From Dimorphilus gyrociliatus (Eukaryota; Animalia; Annelida), in assembly GCA_904063045.1 (NCBI GenBank), contig CAJFCJ010000009.1, positions 1,860,968 through 1,924,967 on the forward strand: a stretch of DNA of 64,000 nucleotides, in the 5' to 3' direction. Both the position numbers and the translations under genes were made by a program. Position 1 is the stretch's first letter. Every line of letters begins with the position of its first letter. Below the pieces are notes generated by a model. It saw only the letters and a program-made list of their open reading frames with translations, was not told where the DNA came from and did no database searches. Positions 26,957-41,211 of this stretch are shown piece by piece.

Positions 26957-28783
26957 TTACGGAGATATATTGGTATTATTACCTAAAATAGAAGAATTTC
27001 TTCCTGCTCTTTCATTTTCTCCTGATTCAAGTTTATAAGCTGGTAAGTAAATATTACCCATTTTCAAAAATGGGTTTGGTATAGTATTATTACTACTTCC
27101 AAGAGAAGTATAGCCCTTGTCGTATAAAGTGCAATAAGGTAAATTGAGTCGTCTAATAAACTCCCAAACATCGCTGTACGTCCAATTTAATATTGGATTG
27201 ACTCGCATTAATTGTGGCCAACCTGGGTCGGTTTGTTGAAAATCGTGCAAATTTTCGCAGTGTGGATCCGTGCGGCGTGTACCCATTATTACAGCTGCAT
27301 TGCTCGAGTTCTCTTGAGTAAACTCTTGCAGAGCATCCTTTATGTTGTTGCTAACAGCGGTATTGACATTCAACTTATATTTATTTTTTGTACTTTCAAT
27401 AAAGGACTCCATCTCTACAAAAGGTGCATCCCTTCTTATATACAGGATTTTTAAGGCTTCTCCATTGGCCGGAAGGCGTCTGACAAAGGAGATTTAATTT
27501 AATAATATTCAAAATTGCATCTATATTATAAAAACTTTGAGCTTACCGATTTAAATAAGCATGGACTAAATGTAAAACAACTGTACAGTCTTTACCTCCA
27601 TTGAAACCTAGAAAAACTTGATTAGGCCTGTAAGTTTTCAAAAAGTGTTGTTAAAATGAAATTTAATCAGAAGATTAAAAGACTAACGTGAATCTTTGAT
27701 AACATTCTGCAACTACTTCCATGGCACTTTTAACTCGTTTACCTAAAGGACTATCCTCTCTGCTTAATACATTAACTTTCTCTGCGGCATTTTCAATAGG
27801 AAACTCATCATAGTCAATGACCACATCCTCAGATAATGAACTTTTCAATAAGTCAATGACCGCATCTATATCTTTCTGATTTACCGATTCCAGTGTCAAT
27901 TTAACTTTGTAATAACTATTGTTGAAATCTGGGTATGAGCCAATCAGAACTTTTTGACGGAATTTTTCTTCTATCTTATTCAAAACTGGTGTAATGGACA
28001 CTTCGTCATTTTTAATGTACACGTGTTCCAAAATCAAAGCGTTATTGGTTTTGAGAAGAGGTTCAATATATTTGAATATTCTTTTGAGAATATTTGGGAC
28101 TCCTGGAAGAATAAAAACATTCCTAACAGAGACAACTGGATAACGTGACTCGTTATTTGGACCGTAGTGAAGTTTAGATGAAAAAGGCACGTGAGCCATT
28201 TTCATTTGCGCTGTATCCTCTTCGGAATCTCCAAATACTAAACGAACGGCCTCGACTAATTTTGGATGATAGAAAAGTTGTTCATTGAAAGCTTTAGCAA
28301 CTCCTTCAAACGTTAAGTCATCGTGAGTAGGCCCTATACCACCAGTAGTAATTACGTGTTTATATTTAGTCGAAAAATCTCGAACTTCTTTGGCTATAAG
28401 ATCTACATCATCCGGGATTACAGCTATCTATTTTAATTATTAAAATATTATAGATAATTCTTTGATAGTTTGGGGAAAATGTTGCGCAATTTACCTTTTG
28501 TACCTTAACTCCTAAAGAATATAGTTTTCGTGTAATGAAATTTGTGTTTGTATCAGCTACTAGACCTTTCAAAATTTCATCTCCGATAACTAAGAACAAA
28601 TAAAGACTTTACAAATTTCAGAATACTTGACAGATAAAGAGGCAGAAAAAGCAAGAACTTACTGATAATACCGGCGGTAGAAGTTGAACTCGTGCTTACG
28701 CTATTCATCACAGTCAAATGCGATTGTATGAACTGTAACCTTTTGGCAGCACTGTAGCTCGATAAAGGAATAAGTCTATTCAT
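26957..28783 (-). CDS. FLAD1: FAD synthase (MoCF-like + PAPS-reductase domains)
   Basis: IGDEILKG...DTN, VITTGGIGPTHDD, FILPGVP, LGFNGGKDCTV, MGTRRTDP, MRVNPILNW, YCTLYDKGYTSLG, ERAGR. About 6 exons. Confidence 0.95.
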
Positions 28784-29475
28784 TGGATCAGTTTGAACAT
28801 ACCCAAAATCTTAGGGTATGTGTTGTAGAACGTCGATAGTAGTTTATGGAATATGCTAAGGCACCCGTTCCAATACCGATAGTGAATTACCATATTAAAA
28901 TTGGAAAAGATTCCACGCAATTTCTCAATAGCGACATCTAGTTTCAATTTCTTAAAACGCAATCAATATAGTGTAATAGTAATAAAAGATACTATTTTAT
29001 CTTATAGAAGTTAGCTTAAGGCCTAATGTTTTCAAACCTTTCGGCTTATGAGTACTTTTTACACAAAATATAATATGCGTAATAAAGCAATCTAACTTTT
29101 CCCCCTACTTTATCAATTCCTCTTTTTATAGCAAATACATTGAGTATGAATTGCACGTAAAAAAGTAATTTTATATAAAATAGATTATTCAGGAGGGGAA
29201 ATTCCGATAAATGCTTAATGTTTTGTATATTTAGAGCGAAGATTACACTAATATAACGAATAAAACAAATATTTCAACTGCAGGTTTAAAGTTTTTATTA
29301 TATATAGAACAATAGAAAATATCTCCTTATCGTTCTTGCAGAAATGACGATAAATCCAATCCTTTGAGTTCTTCATGATTGTCCGTTTTTGTTTATTAAT
29401 TCAATCTACCTAACTACATTTCTTTGGAAGAAAATTTTGTAAAGATTAGAAAGTTTGTTACAGTCGTTAAGAACG

Positions 29476-32400
29476 TCATGGAAAAACAGCATATTTAGCG
29501 AATCCCGAATAGGCGTCATCATCTTCCTCTTCAACTTTGGACTTCTCTTGTTTTTCAGAAGATAAAGCTAATTCAAGTTGTTTTTGATGTTCAATTTTCA
29601 ACTGTTAAAAAGATATATAGGCGATATAAATTTCAACGTAATTTACAAGCTAATTACTCTCATATTTTCTTTTGCATATTTCAACTTTTCCTTTTCAAGT
29701 TTTTCAACTGACATTCTTTCTTCTGATAATTTGGCACATTTATCAGCATACCGTTTCCTGTTAATTGTTTCATTGGATAAGAAGTAATTTTATTGAAATG
29801 CTTTCATTAATTAAAATAAAAGCACCAACCTCAATTCAACATTTTCCTCAATTAATTGCTCAACCTTTTTCCTATATTGATCGTCGACTACTCCCACTTT
29901 CTCAGCAAAATTCTTTTCATAGCCAAGTAGTTCAAATTTCTGTTGAAAATTTTTGCAACATTAGAGAATCTCTAATTCGTTTATCGTAGTACTCAACTGT
30001 TTTAGCTAATTCGTCAGTAATTTCAGCCAATTGTTTACAAACCGAATTATGATTCTCTTTCGAAATCAATAATTCATCTTTTAGTTGCTAAAAGAACGCA
30101 AAAGAAGCATCAAAGGAATGTCTAAAATAACTCTCGTTAATTTTCCCTTACACTTAAGTCCTCTTCTGTTGATCTAAGCAATTGCTTGTCCTCTGCTGCA
30201 TTTGAATATTTCCTAGTTAGGGCCTAATTTAGAAAAGAAAAACGTCTATATTAATAAGTAATTTGAAGCAAGATAAACCTCAAGCTCGCGTTTGTGCTCT
30301 TTCCTAATTTGTAGAGTTTCTTTTTTATGTTTTTGTATAAGATCTGCCTTCTCAACTGCTTTCTCGTTGTACAATTTAGTTTCTAAAACGGGAAAAAAAG
30401 TGGGTTTACAAAAAGAAGACAATTTGAAATGATAATCTAACTTAATTCATCAATTTGCTCTTCTTTCTCCTTTATCAAACGACTCTTCAACTCATTTTCT
30501 TTCTTTTCCGATTTATAGTACAAATCATTAGACAACTGGCTTTTATATGATTCAAATGCTCCGTTCAGAAACTCTATTTCAGCAGTCAATTTATCTAAAA
30601 GATTTTAAAAATTACAATTGCCGTAAAATTATAACTTATATACTTTTCGTTTCATCCATTGTTCGGCGAAGATTACGTAATTTGATGTCGTAATCTTCTT
30701 TCATTTGATCTCGTTCTTTTTGGTGATTATAACTGATTTCCTTCATATCTTCGGATTTCTCTTCTAAAAATTTTTCCAAGTTACCTCTTAGTATTTCAGC
30801 AGCCTTCAAAATAGATTATACTTATTTTTAATAGAGAATTTCAAAGAAAAATATAAACCTTGTCTTTGGTTTGTTTATGATTAAGACGTTCCTCTTCCAA
30901 TGCCAGTGTTAAATCGTTGACTTGTTGTTGGAGGTCTGCGATTAAGGAATCTCTGTAGCGAATATATGACATAGTATAGTACATTCAAAAGCTCAACATA
31001 CCTTCTTAGTGAGCAATCAGTATTTTTATATGCAAAAAAGTAAATGATAGAAACATTTTAAAGTCCTTATACTAAGCTTATCGAGATTAGAATGAGCAGT
31101 TCTAGTAAATTAAATACGCAAGATAAAATGTCATATTTCACATTATATTAAAATCTTAATTGGGATTATTCAATTTTGGAAAGGGAAATTTTGAGGAACA
31201 GTTAGTGATGATCTTCCACCTCGCTCTCGTGCTAAAATTGGTGGCTCTGTATCTAGTCCTGTTCGTAACTTCATAACTGTTGTTGAATCGTCATCCGTAT
31301 CCGAAACAACGATATCTGGTACTGAGAGACTTCTATTACGAAGCTTTCTGCCAGGAGCGGGTGATCTTTTTACTCCAGACTGAACTTTTCTACTAGATGC
31401 TGGTCTTCCACTGCTGATTCCAAAATTTCTTTCAAGTCTCTCTCTCTTTCGGTCATTAGATGCTTCACTCAAAGATCTCCTATCTAGAGGAACAACGAAA
31501 ATTTGGGCTGGTGTTACAGACTTGGGTAAAAAAGTTTCGTCGTCATCATCAACATCGCTGACGTTTGGAGTTATATCACCAATGCTTTCTGATCCAATAC
31601 TACCAGGTCGAGTTTGATGTTCTTGATAAAAACCTTCTCTCGGGCTGACATATTTAAATTTTCTTAGTAACAGATAAATAGATATGAACTTTAACATGTA
31701 TTTTGCTTTTTTAGACTATAATTGATTTGTTGAGTTTTATTACAAAATTTCTATAAGCTGTATTTATCAAGTATCTATTTATCTGTAAAACCTTCGAATA
31801 TCTGATATAGAAGGCGTTATCGAAGATATAGGATTCTGAAGCTTTTTCTTTTCAATGGGGGTAACAACAACACGTATGTTTGGAGTATAAGATCGACTGT
31901 CGTCTTCACTACCTTCATCTAGAACGGGTAAAGAATTGACCGAGTACAAATTTATCGATCTCCTCCTGTCACTCTTCGATTGCAAACTAGCGTCTAATTG
32001 ACCCAATTTCGATAAGAGCTCTTCATAGTTTTGATTGGGACAGGCGGACCGGATTAGGGGATTGGCGGTATTTGGAAGTTTAGGAGTGTTTCTACTACTT
32101 TTAGGACGAAGATTTTTTCTAGCAGATGGGTGGGATTTATAAAAGCGTTTGATTTTTGGGTTGTGATCACCTTTCTTCCTTTTATTTTGGCTAGCATTCA
32201 AAAGTGTAAATTAAAAATATATTTAATATTTAATGTATTTCAGCAAGGCCAATTTTCGGTTCGTTGATGTATGAATATCAAACAATAAAATTTTCAATCA
32301 AGTCGGTGAAAAAGCCGATCGAAGGAAAAAAAAAAGAAAATTGATAACAATTATTATGATAAACCCCAAACAACTAGATTATATGAAAGCATCACGTGAT

Positions 32401-34418
32401 TGTAAAAAAAAACTTACGAATTTTTAAATATTTCCAATAAACTATAGTAAATTTTTGACTTTTTTATCAGCCAATACACATGATACTTCAATAACTCATA
32501 AAAGTATAAAATGTAAAACTTTAAAAACAAACAGAGGAATTAGAGGAAAGACACAAGATTTCCAAATTTTTTATCTTTTTTTTTTGTTCTCTTTGAAATA
32601 ACAAGGAGTAAATTTTACACAGCGTTTATAGTCACCATTTTTTGTGAATGTGATGATTTAGGCGAGGCAATTTAAATCTGACTCTAGAACTATACATATA
32701 GATATATGAAATTCTCTACAAGCCAAGAGTGAAAATCGAAAAATATCTTACCTTTCTCTATCCGATTTCATCTCTGGAGAGAAGCTGTTTAAACGAAACC
32801 AGATTTTTAATTACTGAAATTTTTTGTTCAATTAACGAAAGCGTTTTAAATAGAGCCAGTCAACTTTTTCAAACTGAGTGTTCAATAAAATTTCAGCTTA
32901 TACCGATAGATAGCGCTACTACAATTTTATTAGTACTTAAGATAATCTATACCTGTTATTTTGAATGCTGTCCCTATCGAAAAATTGTTCCGGATTTATT
33001 GTTACTTCTATTTTACTTTTATTTCTTGCAAATAAGTATCCCGGACAGACAACAGAGGGCGTCATAGACGGCTATAAGTAGAAACGACAATTAAATAGTA
33101 TATTAATACAGTTGATATTTCATACCTCCTGAGTCCTCCAAACATTCTTTTTTGACTTCCTTATACCAAGGTGATTTTCAAACTTGTGACATCGTGTCGG
33201 CTCCTGTTGCACTTGTCTTACCCTTTCACAACTGAGAAAATAAATAACTGTTATAATGTTATTTCGCAAATATTTTCTCGAATGAATGATCAAATTTTAC
33301 TATGAAACTGCGAGTTCAATAATAGAAAAATAGCAGAAAAGATTTTATGATTCTAAATTTCTTATTGAAAAAATAAAATTAATTTTTCACAGCACACTCC
33401 AAAAAAAATCATTGTTAAAGATAAAGCATAAAAGTATTTCACTTTTCGCTCGGCAATTAAAAACTTACTCCGCTCTAGAGACGCCTATAACGGTACTAGG
33501 CCTATTTGCATTCGAAATGGCACTTTTAACGAATGCTCTTTGAGGCGAGGACCTGCGAATAAAGGAGTAAAAAAATTCAAATCAATAATTGGCGAAACAT
33601 TTGCTGCTCTTGAAAAAAAAAACCCGGATTAGCTGTTATAATAAAAAGAGCTTGTTGAGTATGATATTATTCATTGAAATAGTTTTAATAATCCGAAATA
33701 TGTTAAGTTTTAATATGGGAGAGAATCTAATTAAAAATTCAGCCTATGAATACATTCAAAATATATAAATATATAAATATTTAATCTTCCTTTGTGGAGT
33801 GAGAATAGTCGAACTTGTTTGGAAAGAAGATAATAATGAATATGGTAATTAAATTTAAAGCGAAAAAACTAATCGACGTTAATTAACAGTCTTACAGAAA
33901 TCAATATTTCTATTTTAAGAAATATGGGTGCTCAACAAACGGTGTATATTAGAAATCGTTAAAGATCTTTCAGTGCACAGTTTGTATTACTTTATATTGA
34001 TGTATTTCGGAATTGTCACGAAAATTGTTTTCACAATGACGTCATTCTTTAATGTAAATACTAATTAAATCGTTGGAATAGAAAATAAAGGCGAAATATA
34101 AATCTTCGGAATGAAAAATATATCACGTGACCTTGCGAAATACCTCAATTCAGTGGTAATTTTCAACTCTTATAAAGCCTACCTTTTAGCATTGGGTTGG
34201 GTTCTGTTTATATGCATATCAATATTACACACACATTTATATGGATAATTATATAACTATATATTTAGAATGAATAAATTTGAAAATTATATATTGACAA
34301 GTGTTAAGGTTTAGTTGATAAATTATCTAATTGCTTACCTTGGTCTTTGCATCTCTTGGGCATGACCAAAATCGTTTTTGTGACTAACTATCAAAGGACC
34401 TCTTACGGCGGACTCCAT
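29476..34418 (-). CDS. Long coiled-coil protein, FLACC1/ALS2CR12-like (5' exon uncertain)
   Basis: Many short spliced exons with heptads: SLIADLQQQVNDLTLALEEERLNHKQTK, EIEFLNGAFESYKSQL, KFELLGYEKNF...YRKKVEQLIEENVELR, which resemble FLACC1 as I recall it. S/R-rich exons at 31170-32118; stop after ...KYAVFP at 29476. Confidence 0.55.
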
Positions 34419-35077
34419 CTACAAATCCATATCATTTTGTTAAAACAAATCGATTTAAAGCTTTGTAATAGCCGTTAATCGTACCTGTCAAACAAATCAC
34501 TTCCAATATCGATACAAATCGATTATAATTTCTTACGGAAGGTTTCGTTCTTTTTTTAAGAACTTTTCCCAGAATCTTGTTAAAATCATACAAACTAAAA
34601 GATGATGAACTCGGTCAATAGCGGAGAAGAGACTCGTTAAATCCTTAACTTGAAAATGCTAATTGATTTCGGATTAAGGCAGTAGTGTTTACTTTGAGGA
34701 ATTTAAACTAGGATTATTTGTATCAGCCGCCATTTTGTTTCTAAGCGCGTTAACTTATTAACCGATAGGTGGGGTTAAGCTTTTGGCGGCAATAGATAAA
34801 CTATTATCTAATAAAATTGGCATATTAACCATTTCCAATCACTCTATTCCAAATATACGTTCACTTATCATTAATAGATTGCAACAGAAGACTTATCACG
34901 TAGCAACGTGCGCTATCGTGCTTTCTTATTTATTACATTATCAAAACTTGTGCAAAATTATCAGGTTAATTAGATAAAAATTATTCAATAGTATATTTAA
35001 AGAAGGAATAAATATGACAGCTATAAAACAAAAAATTACATATTTCAGACTCTTCGTACTATCGTTTCACAAGGTTT

Positions 35078-36494
35078 CTACTCTTTTTGATAGAGTTTAC
35101 TCATGTCGTCATAGGGAATATCGAGTGTTCTTCCAAGATGAAGTCCCGATGATATTAAAACAGTACAATTTTCCCTACTTTCGTTCAATTTTTTCAAAAC
35201 AGCTTCAGATCCGCGATAAGCTCCGTTCACTATCATAACTTTTTTTCCTTTAGTTTAAGAATATAAATTCAATTATTGAATTAAATATTATGTAATAGCC
35301 TACCGATCGCTGGGATTACTGTTTCTAAATGACTTTGATCACATTTAATCTTAGTTTTGTCTTCAATTAGTTTGAGGTATGCGGTGAAATCATTTTCAAC
35401 TTTCTGTAAAAGTGAAACATTAAGTTATTAACTACTTATGAATAAAGTCTTTAAAGAGAGACTTAAAACGTATAATAAGGATTAAAAACCTTAATGGTCT
35501 TACCGTAATAATTCCTTTCTTTCCATTATACTGAGCTCCTAATTTCTTTGTGATAATTTTAACAACAATGTTTTCGTGTAACCAGTTTTCTTTTCGATTC
35601 TGCTTTTCTTTCCTCGTTTCTTCTTGCTCCATAATTTCATCTAAAGCTGTTTTCTTTTTCTCCATTAATTTCATCCCTAACTTGGGCTTTTCGTCAATTT
35701 TCAAAAATAAAGGAGCAACTACGATGGGTTTTTTTTCTTCTGTTGTTACTGCGGCAGATAGTTCCACTTTGATTTTTTCCTCGCTATCTCTAACCAATTC
35801 AGTAGGTTGAATTTCTTCCTTCGGAGGTGCTCTTTCTGCACCTCTCTTTATTTGTTCTTCAATCATTTTTGCTTGTATTTCATCATCATCCATATCCATT
35901 TTTTTTCTGGCAGCCTTTTTCCTTTCTCTCTCTAGGAAATCTGGATCTCTATTAATATAGGTAATAAACCATCCCTTTTCCGTTTGGTCCACTTTACAAA
36001 TGCCTTCTCTACCCAAAAAATTTACAAAACCAGTCAGGGTGCACCATCTAGTGGAATTCATGTGAACGTGATTTCTATCTGAGATATATTCTTGGTATAC
36101 TTTATTTGCGGCAACCCTTTTTTCACCATGTCTACGAAGTAGTTGCATAAAATCTCTGAAAAATTCTCTACAAAAGAAAAACCATATGAAATTTATTTAT
36201 AGATAATGGAATATAATATTTACCGAGAGAAGTCAGCAATATGTCTTCCTGGATTTTCAGCGAATAGTAAGAGTTGACGTTGATGAGATTCTGATGTTAA
36301 ATGGCATTTGAAACCATTCTGAGAAAAAAGAAACGCTAGTAAATTAATTCAAAAAATATACCTCAATGACTTACTTCATCTCTACATTGTTTCTGACACA
36401 TCTGACAATACCATCTTAGTTTTTGAAGTCCTTTTGCTTTAATACGATTACTTATAGCTTTAGGAGTTAAAAATCCTGGTTTCTCTTTTCCCAT
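35078..36494 (-). CDS. KIN: DNA/RNA-binding protein KIN17
   Basis: MGKEKPGFLTPKAISNRIKAKGLQKLRWYCQMCQKQCRDENGFKCH zinc finger, HVHMNSTRW winged helix, tandem KOW/SH3-like domains (HLETVIPA, VNGAYRG). Confidence 0.96.
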
Positions 36495-37831
36495 TTTGAC
36501 TTAAAAATGAAAAAAACGTAATTATTACGTTTACACACACAAAAGAAACTGGTAAAAGTTTTAGCAGACAACCACCTATTCTTGAATGTTTTTCCAATTT
36601 TCGAATTATAAAAACAATTTCGTAATAATGTCATGAGGCTATTAAATTTTTAATAGTATAGCGTAACAGGATTCAACCTTAAAAAAATTATGCCGAGTTA
36701 AATACTACATACAACAAAAGAATATTTTAAACGAAAGATTTTCGAACCTTAAGAATGACTTTACCTCTTCAACTTTAAAAACTACAAAGACACAGTAGTG
36801 AAAACTTTGAAAACGATTCTCTGGAAGCTCTACGCTTTCCTTCGTAAGAAATTTTATCATCAATAATAAAAGGTAAAGTATATTTTATCACACGGTCATT
36901 GACCATATCTAATTTGGCCTAGTAAGCGAAATAAAAAAAAACAAAATCTTCACTACGCGGAATGTATGTTTTATAAAAATACAATTTCTACAAAAGTAAT
37001 ATAGCGCAGATGATGAAAGAAATATTTTTCGATATCAACTTGACACTTAATCTAATTAAAACTGAGAATTTTCCCTTTCTATAAGAGAACATATTGGAAA
37101 CTTAATATTGATTTAAAAATTCCATAGATATAACAGATTACTGTATTTCATTAAAAAAGTTACCCTAACAAATTTAAAATAGTAAAAAGTTGAGATGATT
37201 AATGAAAAGATTACTACAACAAGAGTTTACTTCTTAGTTTTTTATTATGAACCAAATAAAACAACATTTGAAAAGTTAACCTTTCAAGAGAATATCACGG
37301 AAGAAACGACGTAGAGTTTCATTCCTTCCATTATAAAGAATTCTATAATGGATCCTATTTATTATGGTACAAAATGTTCTCTACAATGATAGAATAGTAT
37401 AAAATTTTACTATAAAAAAAAAAAAGAAAGATTACAATACTAGTAACGGCTTAATCAAAAAATTTTCATGATCATAGTCAGTCAGATTAGGCTTTATCTT
37501 ATACTTGAAATTGATTAACCTTGATATAACATTATTATTATAAAGATGGAAAAAAAAGACTTGTACTGTGTGTCTAAAAAAGGATAAAAAAGTTAAATTA
37601 CACTCGTGTTGACCTAAAAAAAGTAAGACTTTTTTCGTGGCATTCAGCAGTGAACATTCTTTAAGTTAGAGAAAGACAAAACAAGGCACTTCTCTTGACA
37701 GTGAGTTCAACCTTTAGCATTTGTTAATACAAAGTGTTAAGGCGTAGTTATCTGACTCTCTGATCCATGATCTCGGCTAGAAAGGCCTACATTAGCTAAA
37801 CAACTATCTAGGTCACTTAGTTTGGCAGAGA

Positions 37832-37839
37832 TATAAAAG
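37832..37839 (+). promoter_or_regulatory. Candidate TATA box for the msp130-like gene
   Basis: TATAAAAG about 290 nt upstream of the ATG, with a splice acceptor (atatag) 3 nt before the ATG implying a 5'UTR intron. Confidence 0.3.
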
Positions 37840-38129
37840 CAAAAAGCATCCCTCGTAAGCTCTTTTTCGTACCAGCCTACACGCGGGAAAGAGGACTTTA
37901 TACTATTGATAATTATTGCGAAAGTGTTCAAAACAGTAATTAACAAAACAAGCGTTATCAGAGGAATCTTAGATTAGATAAAGAAATGACATAAAAGATG
38001 ACGAATGGGGCTGAAAAGCTTTTTGACGGTTCGAACGACAGTTCGCATATCGATGAAAGCAGAATATTTTAAAAAGATTCGTTATTATTTCGTATTTGCA
38101 GTGCCTTTAATAGATTAAAAATATAGGTG

Positions 38130-39866
38130 ATGATCCTCCGTTTCTTTTTATTCGGATTGTCTTTCCATTGGTGCTATTCAAAAGTCGTACTCAATGAACT
38201 ATCAACTGTATACGTACCATTTGACTATGATCCGGAACCTAAGTATAAAATGTTTGCTGAAGCCTCGGAGCAGATTACCTACGATCCTCAATCTAAACTT
38301 GCCTATACAATAGGCGGATCAGGATACCTGCATGTAGTAGATGTTTCAGAACCCAGCGAAGCTAAAATCATCTCCTATGAAAAAATTGAAGGTGTTCCAA
38401 ATGATATTGATACTTGTGGCGGTTATGTTGCCGCAACTGTTAGACATATCTTTCAGCCTCTTCCCGGAAAAGTAGTTTTGTTTGAAGGCTATTCAAGAGA
38501 GAGAAAAAGTATGAGGAGAATAAGAGATATATCAGTTGGCAATTCACCCGCAAGTATGATCACCTTTACTAAAGATTGCCGAAAGATTCTTGTCGCCAAC
38601 GAAGGCGAAGCAGGAAAAGACGAAATGGGTAAATTCTTTGACCCAGAAGGTGGCGTTAGCGTTATAAGTTTTTCGACCTCTAATCTTGGTAAGGAAGAAC
38701 CGTTAGTGAAGCACGCAGACTTTACCAAGTTTAATAAAAAGGCGAAAGAATATGTTAAAAAAGGTGTCCGATGGGTTTACAAGGGGGAGAGAACAGGCAA
38801 GAACACAAAATTCTCACAAGATATTGAACCAGAATATTTAGCTCTAAGCGCAGATGAGAAGCTAGCTTACGTAGTCCTTCAAGAGAACAATGCTATGGCC
38901 GTTTTAGATGTAGAAAAAGTTGAATTTATTGAACTATATCCTCTAGGATTTAAATATTGGCCAAACTACGGAGGTTTCGACGCCTCCGACAAGGACAAAG
39001 GTATACACATTGAACCCTGGCCGGTTTATGGTATGTTCCAACCAGATGCCGTCAAAATGTTTATTCATAATAATGTTACCTACCTTGTAACGGCGAATGA
39101 AGGCGATAAAAAGATATACACAAAAGAAGAGCATGGTTTAGCTTGGTCCGAAACTACCAGAGGTGCCACTCTGGCTCATGGAAACCTTCTCTCAGAATCG
39201 ATGCCATACGAGTTGGTTGAAGCTCTATACGACCCCACAAAATTGGGTCGTTTAAGAGTAAGTCTTGTTGACGGAAGAGAAAAAAAACTAAAATATAAGA
39301 AACTTTTTGCCTATGGTGGACGAAGTTTTACCATATGGTCTACCAATGGTATAGAAATGGTCTATGATAGCGGTAGTGATATTGAAAGGAAACATGCCCT
39401 CCAGATGCCATTGTTGTTCAATAGTCATGTAGAGAATGGAAATCATTTACCAACAGAAGATGCTGACTACAGATCAGATGATCATGGACCTGAAGTCGAA
39501 ATTGTTGAGACAGGAGTTATCGATGGTACAACTTATATATTCGTTGGAAATCAAAGAGTTTCAACGCTTATTATATACTCCCTGCCAAATGATAAAATTG
39601 AACCTACATTTGAGGGTTTGCACAGAGGAGGAGACACTGACGCAAGTTGGAATCAATTATTTAAAGAGAGGAGAATAGGAGATACAGATTTACAAGATTT
39701 AAGGTAAAAACAATATTATCATTTTCAAACAAACTTCAATTAAACTTCTTTCTTTAACAAAATCAGATTTGTAAGCGCTGAAAAGAGTCCAAACGGCAAA
39801 CCAATGCTATTAGTGAGTGGCAGTTTAAGTGGTACTTTGGCAGTCTACGAAATCCAAGTCGAATAG
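38130..39866 (+). CDS. Secreted msp130-like / choice-of-anchor I (alkaline-phosphatase-related beta-propeller) protein, 557 aa
   Basis: Signal peptide MILRFFLFGLSFHWCYS; family motifs LVANEGE, DPEGGVSVI, DIEPEY, LQENNA, PLGFK, DASDKD, YGMFQPDA, YLVTANEGD, GGRSFTIW, YDSGSD, RSDDHGPE, SPNGKPMLLV. Exons 38130-39703 and 39767-39866. Confidence 0.85.
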
Positions 39867-40185
39867 AATTGTAGAATATAAATACAAAGATTCTTTCTCA
39901 GGTCTCAATCAAATTTCCCGCAAAAAACAATTTTAAAGAACAATTAATTTTACTGAATAATATTGACTTTTTCAATTATCTTACAATTGGCATTTTTTAT
40001 AAATAGTATATAGTATATGTTTATTTATATATTTATATACAGCATATAAACGCTGTATTTAGATATAGAGTTTTTGTTACTGAAAATAATGAACTGAACC
40101 CAAAAGAAATTAGGAATGTAAAAAATAAAGAAATATAAGTATTAAACTAATAAATGATGAAACAATTGTTATAGCATTTTTTTCT

Positions 40186-41211
40186 TTAGTCAACAAGCAA
40201 AGAGAATAAAACACTTCCAAGTTGATCATTTCGGTTGTGTTTGATGTTTTTTGCATAGGTTCTGTTGTTTTCGTAACAAAATTAGCATTATGTTTCTATA
40301 TTTTTATTAATATTACTTACCGGCATATGACATTGATTACCATTCCGTTTGTTATGTTTTCAAATTTTACCATAACTATTGGGGCCCTATAACCTTCTTG
40401 GTTTAAATAAGGATAATATTTGAGAGGGAAACCTTCCGGGGGTAAATATGTTACATTTCCAATATTTTCCTTATCGAGTGGCCCCTCTCCTTCGCAATAA
40501 ACTGGCATATGATCTGGTCTGAACCTTTCTCTTATAGGTTCCGGAACTTCGTTAGCTGATTTGTGCTCTTGGGGAATCCATCCATATATTTTATTCAACT
40601 TTAGAACGAAGCAAGGTTTTCCTTCATCGAATCCGTAATCGTTTTGCCAGGTACAGTCATTTCCCAGCAAATCAAGATTAAAATAACAAACTTTACCTGG
40701 TGGAGGTGGCCCGTCTTGACATTCGTGTACGTTTTCACTGTTTTGATTGGGCTTTTCATATTCTAAATAAAAATTATAGTTAAATAACAATTTGAGAAAA
40801 ATTATACAACTTACGATCTAAAAATGCTTGAACAGAGTCGGTATGAGGCTTATAGGTACCAGGTTTACCTTGAATAAATCTAACAAGGGAACTTTCATGA
40901 TCCATTAAAGGCCTATACCCCATACCTGGTGATTCCCGCAAAGCACTACTTTGATTCTGTAAACGTGGATAAATTTCATCGATTGTAACTGAGAATAATC
41001 CAAGACAAATGATAAATATTGCTATCATTCCCGAATACAGAACGAAATGGTAAGCAATTATATTAAACCAGCTCTGTAAGTTGCGTCCGCAGAATTCTTT
41101 TTTTGATGAGTTGTAGAAAAAAGTTTTCATTTGCTCCCATTTTAATTCGTTCCTTTGTCTCCTACCTAATTCTCTATTTACAGCTTGTTCATAAGGTACC
41201 GGAGTCGTCAT
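40186..41211 (-). CDS. ATP1B: Na+/K+-ATPase beta subunit (X,K-ATPase beta family)
   Basis: FFYNSSKKEFCGRNLQSW, single TM, SPGMGYRP, DYGFDEGKPCFVLKLNKIYGWIP, GFPLKYYPY, APIVMVKF, ICRTYAKNI. Three exons. Confidence 0.92.

Noticed and set aside
32729-33067. 112-aa plus-strand ORF, and similar ORFs at 254-448, 4243-4431, 34783-34977 and 37737-37946
   Set aside because: Mostly non-ATG starts, F/I/L/K-rich composition typical of AT-rich non-coding DNA, and no splice or motif support.
37010-37065. C/D-box snoRNA-like ATGATGA...CTGA
   Set aside because: No terminal stem, no recognisable rRNA-complementary guide, and not in an evident host intron. Expected by chance in AT-rich DNA.
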